Shown here one piece after another: positions 10,383 through 19,800 of a stretch of 45,876 nt of DNA. Source of the DNA: Promethearchaeia archaeon (lineage in GTDB: Archaea > Asgardarchaeota > Lokiarchaeia > Sigyniarchaeales > SOKP01). The stretch's first letter is position 1; each line of letters starts with the position of its first letter. A program made the position numbers and the translations under genes. Location: positions 1-45,876 of the forward strand of contig JAHQWH010000047.1 in assembly GCA_029856105.1 (NCBI GenBank). The letters are read 5' to 3'. The notes below the pieces were generated by a model. The model worked only from the letters and a program-made list of their open reading frames with translations, searched no databases and was not told the DNA's origin.

Positions 10383-11000
10383 CTATTCATTTTTACAACT
10401 TTTAACAAGGTTTATGAGGTCATCAATATAATGAGCTTCAATTCCTGCGTTAGCACCAGTCATTAAATCCTTTTCTAAATCACCGAAATAAATAATGTCT
10501 TCTTTGTTGACCTTGTAATGTTCCATAATTCTTAATAATCCTTCTGGTTCGGGTTTCCAACTTCTTACATCTTCTCTTCCTATAATAAAGTCAAATTTAC
10601 CGCTAATTCCTGCTAATTCTAAGGATTTTTTAATTGTTGGTCTTGTGTTTAAGGATAAAATGGCTAGTTTAGTCCCCTTTTTTACGCCAAATAATTTTGT
10701 ATTGTTGATAAAGTAGATTGTCTCTTCAATAGGTTCGTTCTTTTCTATGTTATCAAGTTCATATTGCTTAATAACATCAAAATTATGGTGTAATTCCGCT
10801 TCATCCCCTTTTTCAACAATTTTACTAAGGCAAACAGAAATACTCGCAAATTGACGGTCATCTTGAAAATGTTCAGAATAACGATCGTTTAAAACTTTTT
10901 TTAATGAATGCCAATCTGCCGCTAATTTAACGATCGTACCATCTAAATCGAACACAATTACTTTCTTATCTTTAAATGGAAGTATTTTCTTCTCAGGCAT
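10383..11000 (-). CDS. HAD-superfamily hydrolase (phosphoglycolate phosphatase-like)
   Basis: Motif I FDLDGT, motif III KPEPEG, motif IV GDLEKD. Confidence 0.9.
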   Translation of the reverse strand: MPEKKILPFKDKKVIVFDLDGTIVKLAADWHSLKKVLNDRYSEHFQDDRQFASISVCLSKIVEKGDEAELHHNFDVIKQYELDNIEKNEPIEETIYFINNTKLFGVKKGTKLAILSLNTRPTIKKSLELAGISGKFDFIIGREDVRSWKPEPEGLLRIMEHYKVNKEDIIYFGDLEKDLMTGANAGIEAHYIDDLINLVKSCKNE

Positions 11001-11044
11001 GCTTCATATTCAACAAGAGTAATGAATAATTAAGAAAATTTTAC

Positions 11045-11200
11045 ATAAAAATTAAGTTTTCGTTTTGAACTACCACGCCCTAATGGGCTTGGATTCGCAG
11101 GTTAAGAGTCGTTAAACTTTTAACACTGTTGGATGGTTCAAGCACCCTCTATCCCCTAACCACTTAGACTCAGGGACTCCTTTCTGTATCATGTTTCTTG
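11045..11200 (-). ncRNA. Putative TnpB omegaRNA (reRNA): scaffold overlapping the tnpB 3' end and right end, plus about 20-nt guide AACGAAAACUUAAUUUUUAU from the flank
   Basis: Established architecture of IS200/IS605 right ends; the right-end hairpin and TTCAA terminus are visible. The 5' boundary is a guess. Confidence 0.55.
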
Positions 11201-12410
11201 AAGCGTTTACATCGGCGTTTAATACTAACCCGCAATCATTACATGTATATAGACCACGATACTTGCGGTTTGACTTGCGTACGACTCCACATGAAGAGCA
11301 CGTTTGCGAAGTGTACTCTTCGCCAGTTCTAATTACTTGAATTCCGACCATCTCAGATTTATATTCAATTTGTTGAACAAGTTTTAAAAACGGCACGGAA
11401 ACAAAGTTCTGGTTGTTTTTTTTCCCTATCTTAATTTTCTGCTTCCACCCCTCGTTATATCCGATAACGATCGTTCCGATATCGTGAGAGATGCAGTAAT
11501 TGACTACTTTTTTGGAAGTTTTGTGAAAAAAATCTCTAATTTTATTGTTTCGCTTTCGATGAAGCCTCAAGATGCGTTTAGTTAATTCGGTGTCGTTACA
11601 AATCTTGCCTAACGATTTGTATTTGGCTAATTGCTTGTTGTAGAATTGATTGATTGACTTCACAACACCGCCTTTGATAATCAATGGATTGTTTCCAACG
11701 TTATCTGATGCAGTTACGATATTGTTAAGTCCTAGATCGATTCCTAACATGTTATTTTCGTTCAAGTGCAAGTCCCGAGGCTCGTAATCGTAGATCAGTT
11801 CAATATTGTATCGATCTCCGAAAGGAACGATGCGAACGCCTTTCACGCTTTTGAGATCCGTTTTTATTCTCGGAAAGCCTAACCTTTCCATCTTTCTTGT
11901 TAGTAAAACAAAGCCATCCTTCAACCTACATTGTAAAAATGTGAAATAGACTAAATTACGACCGTTCTTACGCTTGTAACGTGGGAGTTTTGGCATTCCC
12001 TTAAATTTAAACGGTTCTTTTTTCCACATTTTAATTGCTTTAAAAAAGCTCTTGAAGTTTCGATCTACCTGCTTTAAGACTTGTTGCGGTGGATGCGAAC
12101 CGCACATTTCTTGAAGCTTTTTATACACCTCGTGGCTTTTTAACAAGTTCCATAACTCGTGATAGCGAGTCCAATGACGATCCAGGAAGAACCGTTGTCG
12201 AACCGTGTAGGTGGCGACATTAAACAAGTTTTTTGAAAGAAAAGTGATCTCGTCCAATAATTTCGTGCGTTTGAATTGAACTTGTCGAACGAGTTGCATT
12301 AATTAATCCATCGTTCTTTTCGTATTTAAAGAAGAAGAGGTTCAATTTTTAGTGATGTAAAATTCATCACATCCCTAAATAAAGGAATGTGTTTTCTTTT
12401 GCGAAAGAAG
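11065..12410 (-). mobile_element. IS200/IS605-family element, IS1341 type (tnpB only, no tnpA)
   Basis: Left-end hairpin CACATTCCT-TTATTT-AGGGATGTG (12391..12368) preceded by TTTAT (12415..12411, putative target/TAM). Right end GAATCCAAGCCCATTAGGGCGTGGTAGTTCAA ending at 11065. Exact ends are inferred. Confidence 0.8.
11112..12299 (-). CDS. tnpB: RNA-guided endonuclease TnpB
   Basis: PKLPRYK, RuvC-I GIDLG, IVIGYNEGWKQ, EEYTSQTCSSC...CNDC Zn finger, RuvC-III NADVNASRN. Confidence 0.95.
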   Translation of the reverse strand: MQLVRQVQFKRTKLLDEITFLSKNLFNVATYTVRQRFFLDRHWTRYHELWNLLKSHEVYKKLQEMCGSHPPQQVLKQVDRNFKSFFKAIKMWKKEPFKFKGMPKLPRYKRKNGRNLVYFTFLQCRLKDGFVLLTRKMERLGFPRIKTDLKSVKGVRIVPFGDRYNIELIYDYEPRDLHLNENNMLGIDLGLNNIVTASDNVGNNPLIIKGGVVKSINQFYNKQLAKYKSLGKICNDTELTKRILRLHRKRNNKIRDFFHKTSKKVVNYCISHDIGTIVIGYNEGWKQKIKIGKKNNQNFVSVPFLKLVQQIEYKSEMVGIQVIRTGEEYTSQTCSSCGVVRKSNRKYRGLYTCNDCGLVLNADVNASRNMIQKGVPESKWLGDRGCLNHPTVLKV

Positions 12411-12428
12411 ATAAATTTTCAAATCAAT

Positions 12429-13310
12429 TTATAAACGCGAATAATACATTGCTTTATAACCAATTTTGTGAAATGGACATTCTTTTATACAGATAGAACA
12501 TCCCGTAGATTCGTAAAAATATTCGATACACTTTTCTCCATCAATTCGAGTTTTTATACCATTTTCCTTGATAATTGGTTCGTAATAAATCGCGTTCACG
12601 GGGCACATTTGAACGCATCTTTTGCATTTCTTACAATACTCGTCTATCTCAAAATTATCTTGAGAGACTTCAGGAAGAGGGGTTGCGTTTATTGAAATCA
12701 TGGATAATCTCTGCCTTGGACCGAATTTTTTAGTGATTAAAAGACCTTGCGTTCCAATCCTCCCCAAACCTGCTTTTACGGCCATCGCGGGTAAAAGAAT
12801 TGGACCACCAAGGGGATGGCACGCTATTGTCCTATAACCTTTAGATCGAATAAAATCTGCTAATTTATTTGTCGCCTCACCTAACTCTGCGTAGATGTTT
12901 AAAGATTCTAACCCTGCTGGAGGTTCAGGAGCCTTATCTATAGCTTCGTAATCCATCTCCATTCCTAAAACAATTCCATTCTCGTATAGAAATTCGATTC
13001 CGCCTATGTAATCGTTCTTAAAAATAAAATTTTCATCCACAGGAGCAAATCCTACAAGACCAATTCCTAAAATCTTCGCTTGCTCGATAACTTCTTCCCA
13101 AAATTCTTTAGGTGCGGATTGAACATTGTCGGGTAGGTTTTTCATCTCTCTTTTGTAATCCGTTTTTGCTCTTTGAACAGTTTTGAAGAGTTTCGGAACT
13201 ACTATTTTAGCTTTGTCAGATAAAAGTCCCTTAAATTCTCTTATATCAAATTTATTCAGCTCAATTAATCTGGAATTTAACCCTTTTGATTTTTTTAGCA
13301 ACCTTATCAC
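12429..13310 (-). CDS. Reductive dehalogenase / epoxyqueuosine reductase-like cobalamin, 2x[4Fe-4S] protein
   Basis: AVKAGLGRIG..GLLIT..FGPRQRL; CKKCKRCVQMCP and C...GCSICIKECP. No TAT signal. Confidence 0.8.
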   Translation of the reverse strand: MIRLLKKSKGLNSRLIELNKFDIREFKGLLSDKAKIVVPKLFKTVQRAKTDYKREMKNLPDNVQSAPKEFWEEVIEQAKILGIGLVGFAPVDENFIFKNDYIGGIEFLYENGIVLGMEMDYEAIDKAPEPPAGLESLNIYAELGEATNKLADFIRSKGYRTIACHPLGGPILLPAMAVKAGLGRIGTQGLLITKKFGPRQRLSMISINATPLPEVSQDNFEIDEYCKKCKRCVQMCPVNAIYYEPIIKENGIKTRIDGEKCIEYFYESTGCSICIKECPFHKIGYKAMYYSRL

Positions 13311-13447
13311 GCAAAAAATAGTTATTTGCTTTAATCCAGTTAGTTTTATAAATATTTTTATTATAAAAACCGAAGAAATAATCTTAATATCACTCTATTG
13401 TCTATCAATCTCAGAAAATAAGGGATAATAAAAATAATAAAAATGAA

Positions 13448-13966
13448 CTAATCCATTGCGTATTTTTTTGTCCAAGCAGCTGCTTTAGCTTGAAACTTTT
13501 TCAAAGCCCTGAAATATTGTTCGCCCGCTTCGTGGTTGAGCGGATCTCCAGGGTTAAAGAAGGGAGGTTCTACATGCATCATGCCCTTTAAAGCCTCTAC
13601 TATATTAGTTAGGGTCTTGCTCGGAGTCCAACCTGAAGCTCCAGTTGAAGCGTCCACCTTCCCTACTAAATCAGGGTTAATTAAATCTAAACAAATGTTA
13701 AGCTTCCCAGGAGGTATGCTACTATCGATGTTTGGATGCCACATAAGCGTTACCGCGTACGCGTAGGGAGGAGCAAATGGATAATTTTCTGGGAATTTCA
13801 CCTCGAAAAGAAACTTTCCTTTGTAATAAGGTGTTCCTTCTTTTCCTATGATTGTAAGCCGGAGATGATCGATACTACGCCCCCATGGTTCGATGATGAT
13901 ATTACTATCGTCTTTATACGCTTCGATGGCTTCAGTATAATCAGTTTCTTCTCTCATAATACTCAC
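13448..13966 (-). CDS. Ubiquitin-conjugating enzyme E2 (UBC fold)
   Basis: GTPYYKGKF, FPENYPFAPP, HPNI, catalytic ICLDL, WTPS, NPGDPLNHEAG. Confidence 0.95.
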   Translation of the reverse strand: MSIMREETDYTEAIEAYKDDSNIIIEPWGRSIDHLRLTIIGKEGTPYYKGKFLFEVKFPENYPFAPPYAYAVTLMWHPNIDSSIPPGKLNICLDLINPDLVGKVDASTGASGWTPSKTLTNIVEALKGMMHVEPPFFNPGDPLNHEAGEQYFRALKKFQAKAAAWTKKYAMD

Positions 13967-14198
13967 TTTTCTTTAAAAATATTAAACCAATATTAAATAT
14001 ATAGTTAGGGTGTTCTTTAAAAAATATTGTGCTAATTTCGATTTTTGTTATAAATCGGATAAATAACAAAATATAGCAAGATTCAAAAGTTTTGTTTTTA
14101 CAAATTTATAAATTCCCTTTATTGTTGCTAATTCTATTAGAAAATCGTAAAAATTATATGATTATTTAAATTAAAAAATATATTGATATTTTTTCAAA

Positions 14199-14322
14199 CC
14201 CCCCATAGCTCAGTTGGTTTAGAGCGCGCGGCTGTAGATAAATATCGCATACTAAGGTTTTTGCCTATGAAGTATTGTCAGCCGATACCGTGAGGTCCCC
14301 GGCTCAAATCCGGGTGGGGGGA
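14199..14322 (+). tRNA. tRNA-Tyr(GTA) with about 49-nt intron at 37/38 (14238..14286)
   Basis: Acceptor stem CCCCCCA/TGGGGGG + discriminator A; D arm GCTC/GAGC; anticodon stem CGCGG/CCGTG with loop CT-GTA-G|A; T arm CCCGG-CTCAAAT-CCGGG; C1-G72 (archaeal/eukaryal Tyr identity); no encoded CCA. Confidence 0.95.
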
Positions 14323-14357
14323 CTATTATTTATTTCAAAGAAGATTTAAATTATAAT

Positions 14358-16316
14358 TTATTTGAGTTTCTTCACCTTTTTTTTAATGACAACTATTAAG
14401 AGGCCTATAAGATGCAAGCTAAGAAGTATAAAAATTCCTATATCATATCCTATAATCGCTAGCTCGGCGCTATGAATAATTAAATCCAACGAGAGGTCGT
14501 AATCTGCGTTTAATTGGACCAAAACGTAATTGTCATATAATAGACTTACTTTACCAGGCTTTGTGGATAGGTTAAGAGATAATTCGGTTGTACCATTAAT
14601 CCAAATGTTTTGACTATAAATCTCATACCCTGATACGTCATAGACTACTAGAGGAACTTGTTGTGAATACGCATAATCGTTCAAAGGCACGTTAATATCT
14701 TCAATTGTTAGATTTAAGATCTTCGTTGTTGCATTGTAATTATGCTCCGAGAATGAATATTTTGGAAGATAGGGGTTATCGAACCACGGGAAAAAGAACC
14801 AATCTAACGATTGTCCTACTACAGTTTCGAATGCTTGCTGTATATCTGACAAAACCACGAGCTTAAATTGGTAGCTTTCAAAATAATGCCTTAATCCAGC
14901 GATGAAATTTGAATGCCCTATAGTTTGGCGCAATTTTTCGAAGATAAGAGGTGCTTTAGTATACGCAACATACCAATAATCAGTATTAGTATCTATACAT
15001 TCGTAAATAGTTTGGTTGATCTTTGAACCCCTCAACATTTCCACGAAGTAGATTCTAACGTATTGAATATAAGGTGTGCTTTGGAAGTGTTCCCAATCTC
15101 CGTAATAATATTCACCGTAATAGTCGGTCGACCAACACGTAATACCTTCGTCTATAAAACCCACATCGATTTCGTCGTTTCCTACTAAGTTATACCACCA
15201 TTGGTGGCCTAATTCATGAGCAATAACTTTTTCTAAGTAATGTCGCTTATATAAGAGAGAGGCATCCCAATTATCCATAGATTCGGTTACATAAACTTGG
15301 TTTGGATATTCCATACCCCCGTACCAAGTATATTCTTCTACAACATTAAGAGTTGGATAAGGATAAGTTCCAAAAGTGTTATTATACAGAGAAAGCGCTT
15401 GTTCGGCGTAATTTAAGGCAAAAGTAGTCCATAAATAGCCAGATTTAGGAATGTAATAAACTGAAAGGTTTACTCCATTTGAAATTTTCGACTCTACTTG
15501 AAAGTATCGAGAAGCTGAAAAGGTGACCTCTCGAACGGGATAAATGGGGTTAAAACGATAGAAGGTCGTTGAACCCTTGTTTATTTTTTCTTCTAATTTT
15601 CCGGTTGCCGCGATTACCATTTCGCTGGGCACTTCAATAGAAAGGTTATAGTAAGCCATGTCAAAGTAAAAGGGATCGCCGATATTCAAATAGGGATCGA
15701 CGTTCCAACCGTCGTCATTGTCGTAAACGCAAGGTATGGGATAAAAACTCCCAAATTTGTAAATGCGTGCTTGTTCTACGTCGCTTCCGTGAGAATTTGC
15801 CCTGTCAATTGGTCCATCTGGAAGAGTTGCGTTAAATTGAATGATAAATTGCGTCCTCTTTTGAGGTTCTAACTTTTCCGAAATATTTACCCACATGATC
15901 TGCTGATTTGAGTAGACTTCAAAGGGAAACGTTAAACTGGGGTTGTTTATATCAGTTATATTGACGATCTCTATAATCCCAGGCCTAGTTTCGTAATTCA
16001 TTCCTGATAAATAGAGGTGAAAAGGGATTTTTGTAAAATTAATTTCATCGTTATTGTAGAAATCAACCGTTAAATTGCCGTCGATAAACGAATTTGCTTC
16101 GTCCAATACAACTGATAAATTGTAGCGAGAAAAGTTGCTTGTAGGTTGGGCTAATTTCGGGGCGTTGGTTAAAAAAGGAGGAGAATTAATAAATGATTCG
16201 AGGTTACTTCCATATCCAGAGGTATAGTTCGTTATGGAAGAGTTTAAATTAACACAGCTAAAAACAAACAAAACTACAAGTACTATTCCAGAAAATTTGT
16301 AGTGAATTTCTTTCAT
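14358..16316 (-). CDS. M1-family zinc aminopeptidase, secreted and membrane-anchored
   Basis: GGMEYP, HELGHQWW-x-DEG (HEXXH-x18-E), AYTKA; N-terminal signal and C-terminal TM with basic tail. Confidence 0.92.
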   Translation of the reverse strand: MKEIHYKFSGIVLVVLFVFSCVNLNSSITNYTSGYGSNLESFINSPPFLTNAPKLAQPTSNFSRYNLSVVLDEANSFIDGNLTVDFYNNDEINFTKIPFHLYLSGMNYETRPGIIEIVNITDINNPSLTFPFEVYSNQQIMWVNISEKLEPQKRTQFIIQFNATLPDGPIDRANSHGSDVEQARIYKFGSFYPIPCVYDNDDGWNVDPYLNIGDPFYFDMAYYNLSIEVPSEMVIAATGKLEEKINKGSTTFYRFNPIYPVREVTFSASRYFQVESKISNGVNLSVYYIPKSGYLWTTFALNYAEQALSLYNNTFGTYPYPTLNVVEEYTWYGGMEYPNQVYVTESMDNWDASLLYKRHYLEKVIAHELGHQWWYNLVGNDEIDVGFIDEGITCWSTDYYGEYYYGDWEHFQSTPYIQYVRIYFVEMLRGSKINQTIYECIDTNTDYWYVAYTKAPLIFEKLRQTIGHSNFIAGLRHYFESYQFKLVVLSDIQQAFETVVGQSLDWFFFPWFDNPYLPKYSFSEHNYNATTKILNLTIEDINVPLNDYAYSQQVPLVVYDVSGYEIYSQNIWINGTTELSLNLSTKPGKVSLLYDNYVLVQLNADYDLSLDLIIHSAELAIIGYDIGIFILLSLHLIGLLIVVIKKKVKKLK

Positions 16317-16452
16317 TTTTAATTGAAAATTAATATTTGAGATTTTCTAGGAAATGTATATTGATAAATGTTTTGACTATGGTTCTATTAACTTGATAAA
16401 ATTCTTATTTTGATTAGCATTATTTTTCAATATAAATAGTTTAATTTTTTAA

Positions 16453-17379
16453 TTGAGAGCAATGAAAAAGAAAAGAACAGCTGTTGTTGGTGCTGGTTGG
16501 TTTGGTCGGGCACATATAAGAAATTTTAACGATCTCTCTGAGCTTGTTGGTATATGTGACACTAACGAAACTAAGTTAAAGCAAATGGCGGAGCAATACG
16601 ATGGAATTAATACCTATAAAAATGTAGACGATCTAATAAAAAACGAAGAGATTGACGCCGTGAGCATCGTAACCCAACCAAAACAAATTCCAAAAATTGC
16701 TAAAAAGTTTGCTGAAGCTGGAATAGATATATTAATGGAAAAACCGATGGCGTTGAAGTTAGAAGATTTAATTGGTTTTAAAGAATACGACAACATTCGA
16801 ATAATGCCTGGATTTATCGAGTTGTTTAATCCCGCTTTTACTAAATTACTAAACCATGTTGACGATATAGGAGAGATAATTTCAATTGCGTCAAAACGCG
16901 TTGGGTTGTATCCTAAAAGAGATTGGGACATGGGCGTTATTTTAGATTTATCTATTCACGATATTTATCTACAAGAAAAAATTTTAGGTAAAAATAATAT
17001 AATAAATGCATTTGGCGTCAAAAAATGTTATAAAGATAGCGTTCATGCCGATGCGGCTTTTATAATATTAGATTTCGGTACGGCAATAGGTCAGATCGAG
17101 TCTAATTGGCTAACACCATCTAAATTCAGAAGAATGTATGTTAATGGTGAATTTGGGGGCATTTCTATTGATTTCATTACTCAGCAGATAAACATCCGAA
17201 CGGGCATCGATCTGCAGGGAGAATGGCCAGTTACAAAAGATACTTCGTTCACTCCTTTGAAAGGGGACGAACCTTTGAAGAGAGAAATTAATAATTTCCT
17301 TTACGGTAAAGAGCTAGAAGTAACTCTAGATGACGGTATAAGAGCCCTAGAAATTGCTTTAAAAATCGTAAATTCTTAA
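16453..17379 (+). CDS. Gfo/Idh/MocA NAD(P)-dependent oxidoreductase (NDP-sugar dehydrogenase-like)
   Basis: GAGWFG, EKPMA, GFIELFNP, DLSIHDI. Confidence 0.9.
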   Translation: MRAMKKKRTAVVGAGWFGRAHIRNFNDLSELVGICDTNETKLKQMAEQYDGINTYKNVDDLIKNEEIDAVSIVTQPKQIPKIAKKFAEAGIDILMEKPMALKLEDLIGFKEYDNIRIMPGFIELFNPAFTKLLNHVDDIGEIISIASKRVGLYPKRDWDMGVILDLSIHDIYLQEKILGKNNIINAFGVKKCYKDSVHADAAFIILDFGTAIGQIESNWLTPSKFRRMYVNGEFGGISIDFITQQINIRTGIDLQGEWPVTKDTSFTPLKGDEPLKREINNFLYGKELEVTLDDGIRALEIALKIVNS

Positions 17380-17414
17380 TTTTATATATTATTTAAAATT
17401 ATGAGGTAATAATA

Positions 17415-17843
17415 TTGAGCGAGCACAACAACGACGAAGAACAACACGAATTAGAAAAGATTCGGTTGAAAAAAATGAAAGCTCTTATGGATGCTCAAAA
17501 TCAGCAGAAACAAATGCAGGAGAGAGTTCATTCCATAACTGAAAAAGTCGTTTATGTATTGAGAGCTGTTTTAGCACCAGATGCTTTTTCTTATCTAGAG
17601 AAAATAAAGACTAGCGAACCAATGGTATATCAAGCAATTTACAACGAGTTAATTAGTCCAGATGTATTAGCAAATATAGATTATTTAATTGCCATTATCA
17701 ACCGCCAAGGTGGAATTCCAAGAAGGATTCCTTTGGATGCAATTATTCATTTAGTTCGAAAAATTAAAGGAGTTAAAGGAAAGATCCAAGTTAAAAAAGG
17801 TGATGGTAAATTGATGGATTTAGGCTCCTTTTTGACAAAATAA
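17415..17843 (+). CDS. PDCD5-like (dsDNA_bind family) protein
   Basis: ELEKIRLKKM..., LRAVLAPDAFSYL, C-terminal KIQVKK pattern typical of PDCD5/MTH1615. Confidence 0.7.
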   Translation: MSEHNNDEEQHELEKIRLKKMKALMDAQNQQKQMQERVHSITEKVVYVLRAVLAPDAFSYLEKIKTSEPMVYQAIYNELISPDVLANIDYLIAIINRQGGIPRRIPLDAIIHLVRKIKGVKGKIQVKKGDGKLMDLGSFLTK

Positions 17844-17918
17844 TTTTAAATCGTCTTAATTTTAGAATCTAATTTTATATTAGGATTTCTTTATAAAATT
17901 AATAGTTATTGCAAGAAA

Positions 17919-18473
17919 CTATTGTTCTCTGGCTGAAATTATTGCGATTATTTCCCACTCTCCATTATCAAATAGATTTGCGTCAATATTAGAAAACTGA
18001 AAAGCAAAAGGTCGTTTAAAAATTTGTTCTATCATAGGGCTAAATGAACTTACAGCAAAAATTAAGAGTCTTTTCAAAATACTTTCAGTTTTGGCTTCAA
18101 TGTTTAAATCCTTCATTACATTATTGATAGCTTCAATTTCGCCTAAGTTATAATGATATTGGTAAATAAGTTTGAAATCAACTGCAGTCGGAGCCTCTGC
18201 TCCAGAAAGCGTTAAACCTCTCTTTCTGAAAGGGAACATTGTAGTAAGGTAAAAATAGAAAATCTCCTCGTAATGGTCTTTTAGCAGATATGAGATTTTA
18301 GAACCCTCTTGATATTTTGGCCAATAGTTGAGCATTAACTCTAAAAGCCGCGGGTAATTTTTGTATTTATTTTCGCTTTCTTTTTGTAAATGGTTTAATA
18401 ACCTATTTTTAAGCGGCTTGAATTCGTTGTCTTTAGCTACTCTTTCAACAAATTTTGTAAATCTTTGACTCAT
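17919..18473 (-). CDS. Hypothetical protein
   Basis: 184-aa ORF with ATG, fills the intergenic gap; no motif recognised. Confidence 0.7.
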   Translation of the reverse strand: MSQRFTKFVERVAKDNEFKPLKNRLLNHLQKESENKYKNYPRLLELMLNYWPKYQEGSKISYLLKDHYEEIFYFYLTTMFPFRKRGLTLSGAEAPTAVDFKLIYQYHYNLGEIEAINNVMKDLNIEAKTESILKRLLIFAVSSFSPMIEQIFKRPFAFQFSNIDANLFDNGEWEIIAIISAREQ

Positions 18474-18603
18474 TTTATAGCGGTGGACTAATTTAGTATG
18501 ATATATTCTTAAATACCTTTAATTTTTTATATGTGACTCCGATAATATAATTTTTTGTATTTTTTTTTAAAAACTTATAAAAAATGGATTGTAATTATTA
18601 TTT

Positions 18604-19800
18604 ATGGTTAATAAGACAGCGCTTATTTATACCAATAAATATCAAAGTTATAATTTTGGACCACAGCACCCTTTACGACCTTTAAGGATTAAACTTACAT
18701 ATAGCCTTATGGAGAAACTAAATCTTTTTAATAACAAAAGATTAGAGATCTTTGAACCAATTTCCGCCACACAAAAAGAAATAGAAAGAGCTCACGACCC
18801 AGAGTATGTGGAAATAGTTAAAAAATTAAGCGAGAATCCTACGGATAGAAGTGTTCAACCATATCTCTATGGGTTAGAGACTGGAGATACTCCTGTTTTT
18901 AAAGGCATGTACGAGGCATCAGCATTAGTATGTGGAGCAAGTTTGTTAGCTGCAGATCTAGTTTGGCAAGACAATGATATAACGATCGCTTTTAATCCAG
19001 CAGGAGGACTTCACCACGCACATAAAAAAAAAGCTTCGGGATTTTGTATTTTTAACGACATTGCCGTAGCTATTCATCATCTTAAAAATTTAAAAAAAGA
19101 TATTAGAATTGCGTATTTGGATATAGATTGTCACCATGGAGATGGTGTACAAGGGTTCTTTTACGACGATCCAAATGTCTTAACGATCTCTTTTCACGAA
19201 AGTGGAAAATTTTTATTTCCTGGTACTGGAAACACTAAGGAAGTCGGTGAAGGAGCAGGAAAGGGGTTTTCTATTAACTTACCTTTGTTGCCAGGTACTG
19301 ATAATAGAATGTTTCGAAAATTATTTCGTTATTGTGTGCCTAGGATTTTAGAAGCCTATGCCCCCGATGTCTTATTAACTCAGTTAGGGGCAGATATGTA
19401 CTTTAACGACCCTTTAACGCAAATGGGGCTTTCCCTTTCGATTTATCGGGACATTGCTCAAACACTTTACACATCTGCTCAGGATTACTGTCAAAACAAA
19501 TGGATTGCAGTAGGGGGAGGAGGCTATTTAATGACTGCCGTACCTAGAGCTTGGACGTTATTTTTAGCGCGAATGCTAGATGTTGAATTAAAAAACGAAT
19601 TACCCGAAGAGTGGCTAAATCAAGTTAAGGAAGAGGTTCCATACGAAACTACCCCTTACTTATTATGGGATCGCGACGATAAAGCGGAAGTACAACTGCT
19701 TTCTCATCCTGAAATTGCTAAAAAAATGATCGATTATAACAAGGAATTAAAAACTCTTTGCGATGAAGAATTTATTCCGAATCTTAAAAAAAAAAGTTAA
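18604..19800 (+). CDS. Zn-dependent deacetylase, HDAC class I / AcuC family
   Basis: HPLRPLR, GGLHHA, SGFCIFND, DIDCHHGDG, GADMYFNDPL, GGGGY. Confidence 0.93.
   Translation: MVNKTALIYTNKYQSYNFGPQHPLRPLRIKLTYSLMEKLNLFNNKRLEIFEPISATQKEIERAHDPEYVEIVKKLSENPTDRSVQPYLYGLETGDTPVFKGMYEASALVCGASLLAADLVWQDNDITIAFNPAGGLHHAHKKKASGFCIFNDIAVAIHHLKNLKKDIRIAYLDIDCHHGDGVQGFFYDDPNVLTISFHESGKFLFPGTGNTKEVGEGAGKGFSINLPLLPGTDNRMFRKLFRYCVPRILEAYAPDVLLTQLGADMYFNDPLTQMGLSLSIYRDIAQTLYTSAQDYCQNKWIAVGGGGYLMTAVPRAWTLFLARMLDVELKNELPEEWLNQVKEEVPYETTPYLLWDRDDKAEVQLLSHPEIAKKMIDYNKELKTLCDEEFIPNLKKKS

Noticed and set aside
14199-16316. Integrated element at tRNA-Tyr
   Set aside because: No integrase and no duplicated tRNA 3' end (att site) noticed in the window.
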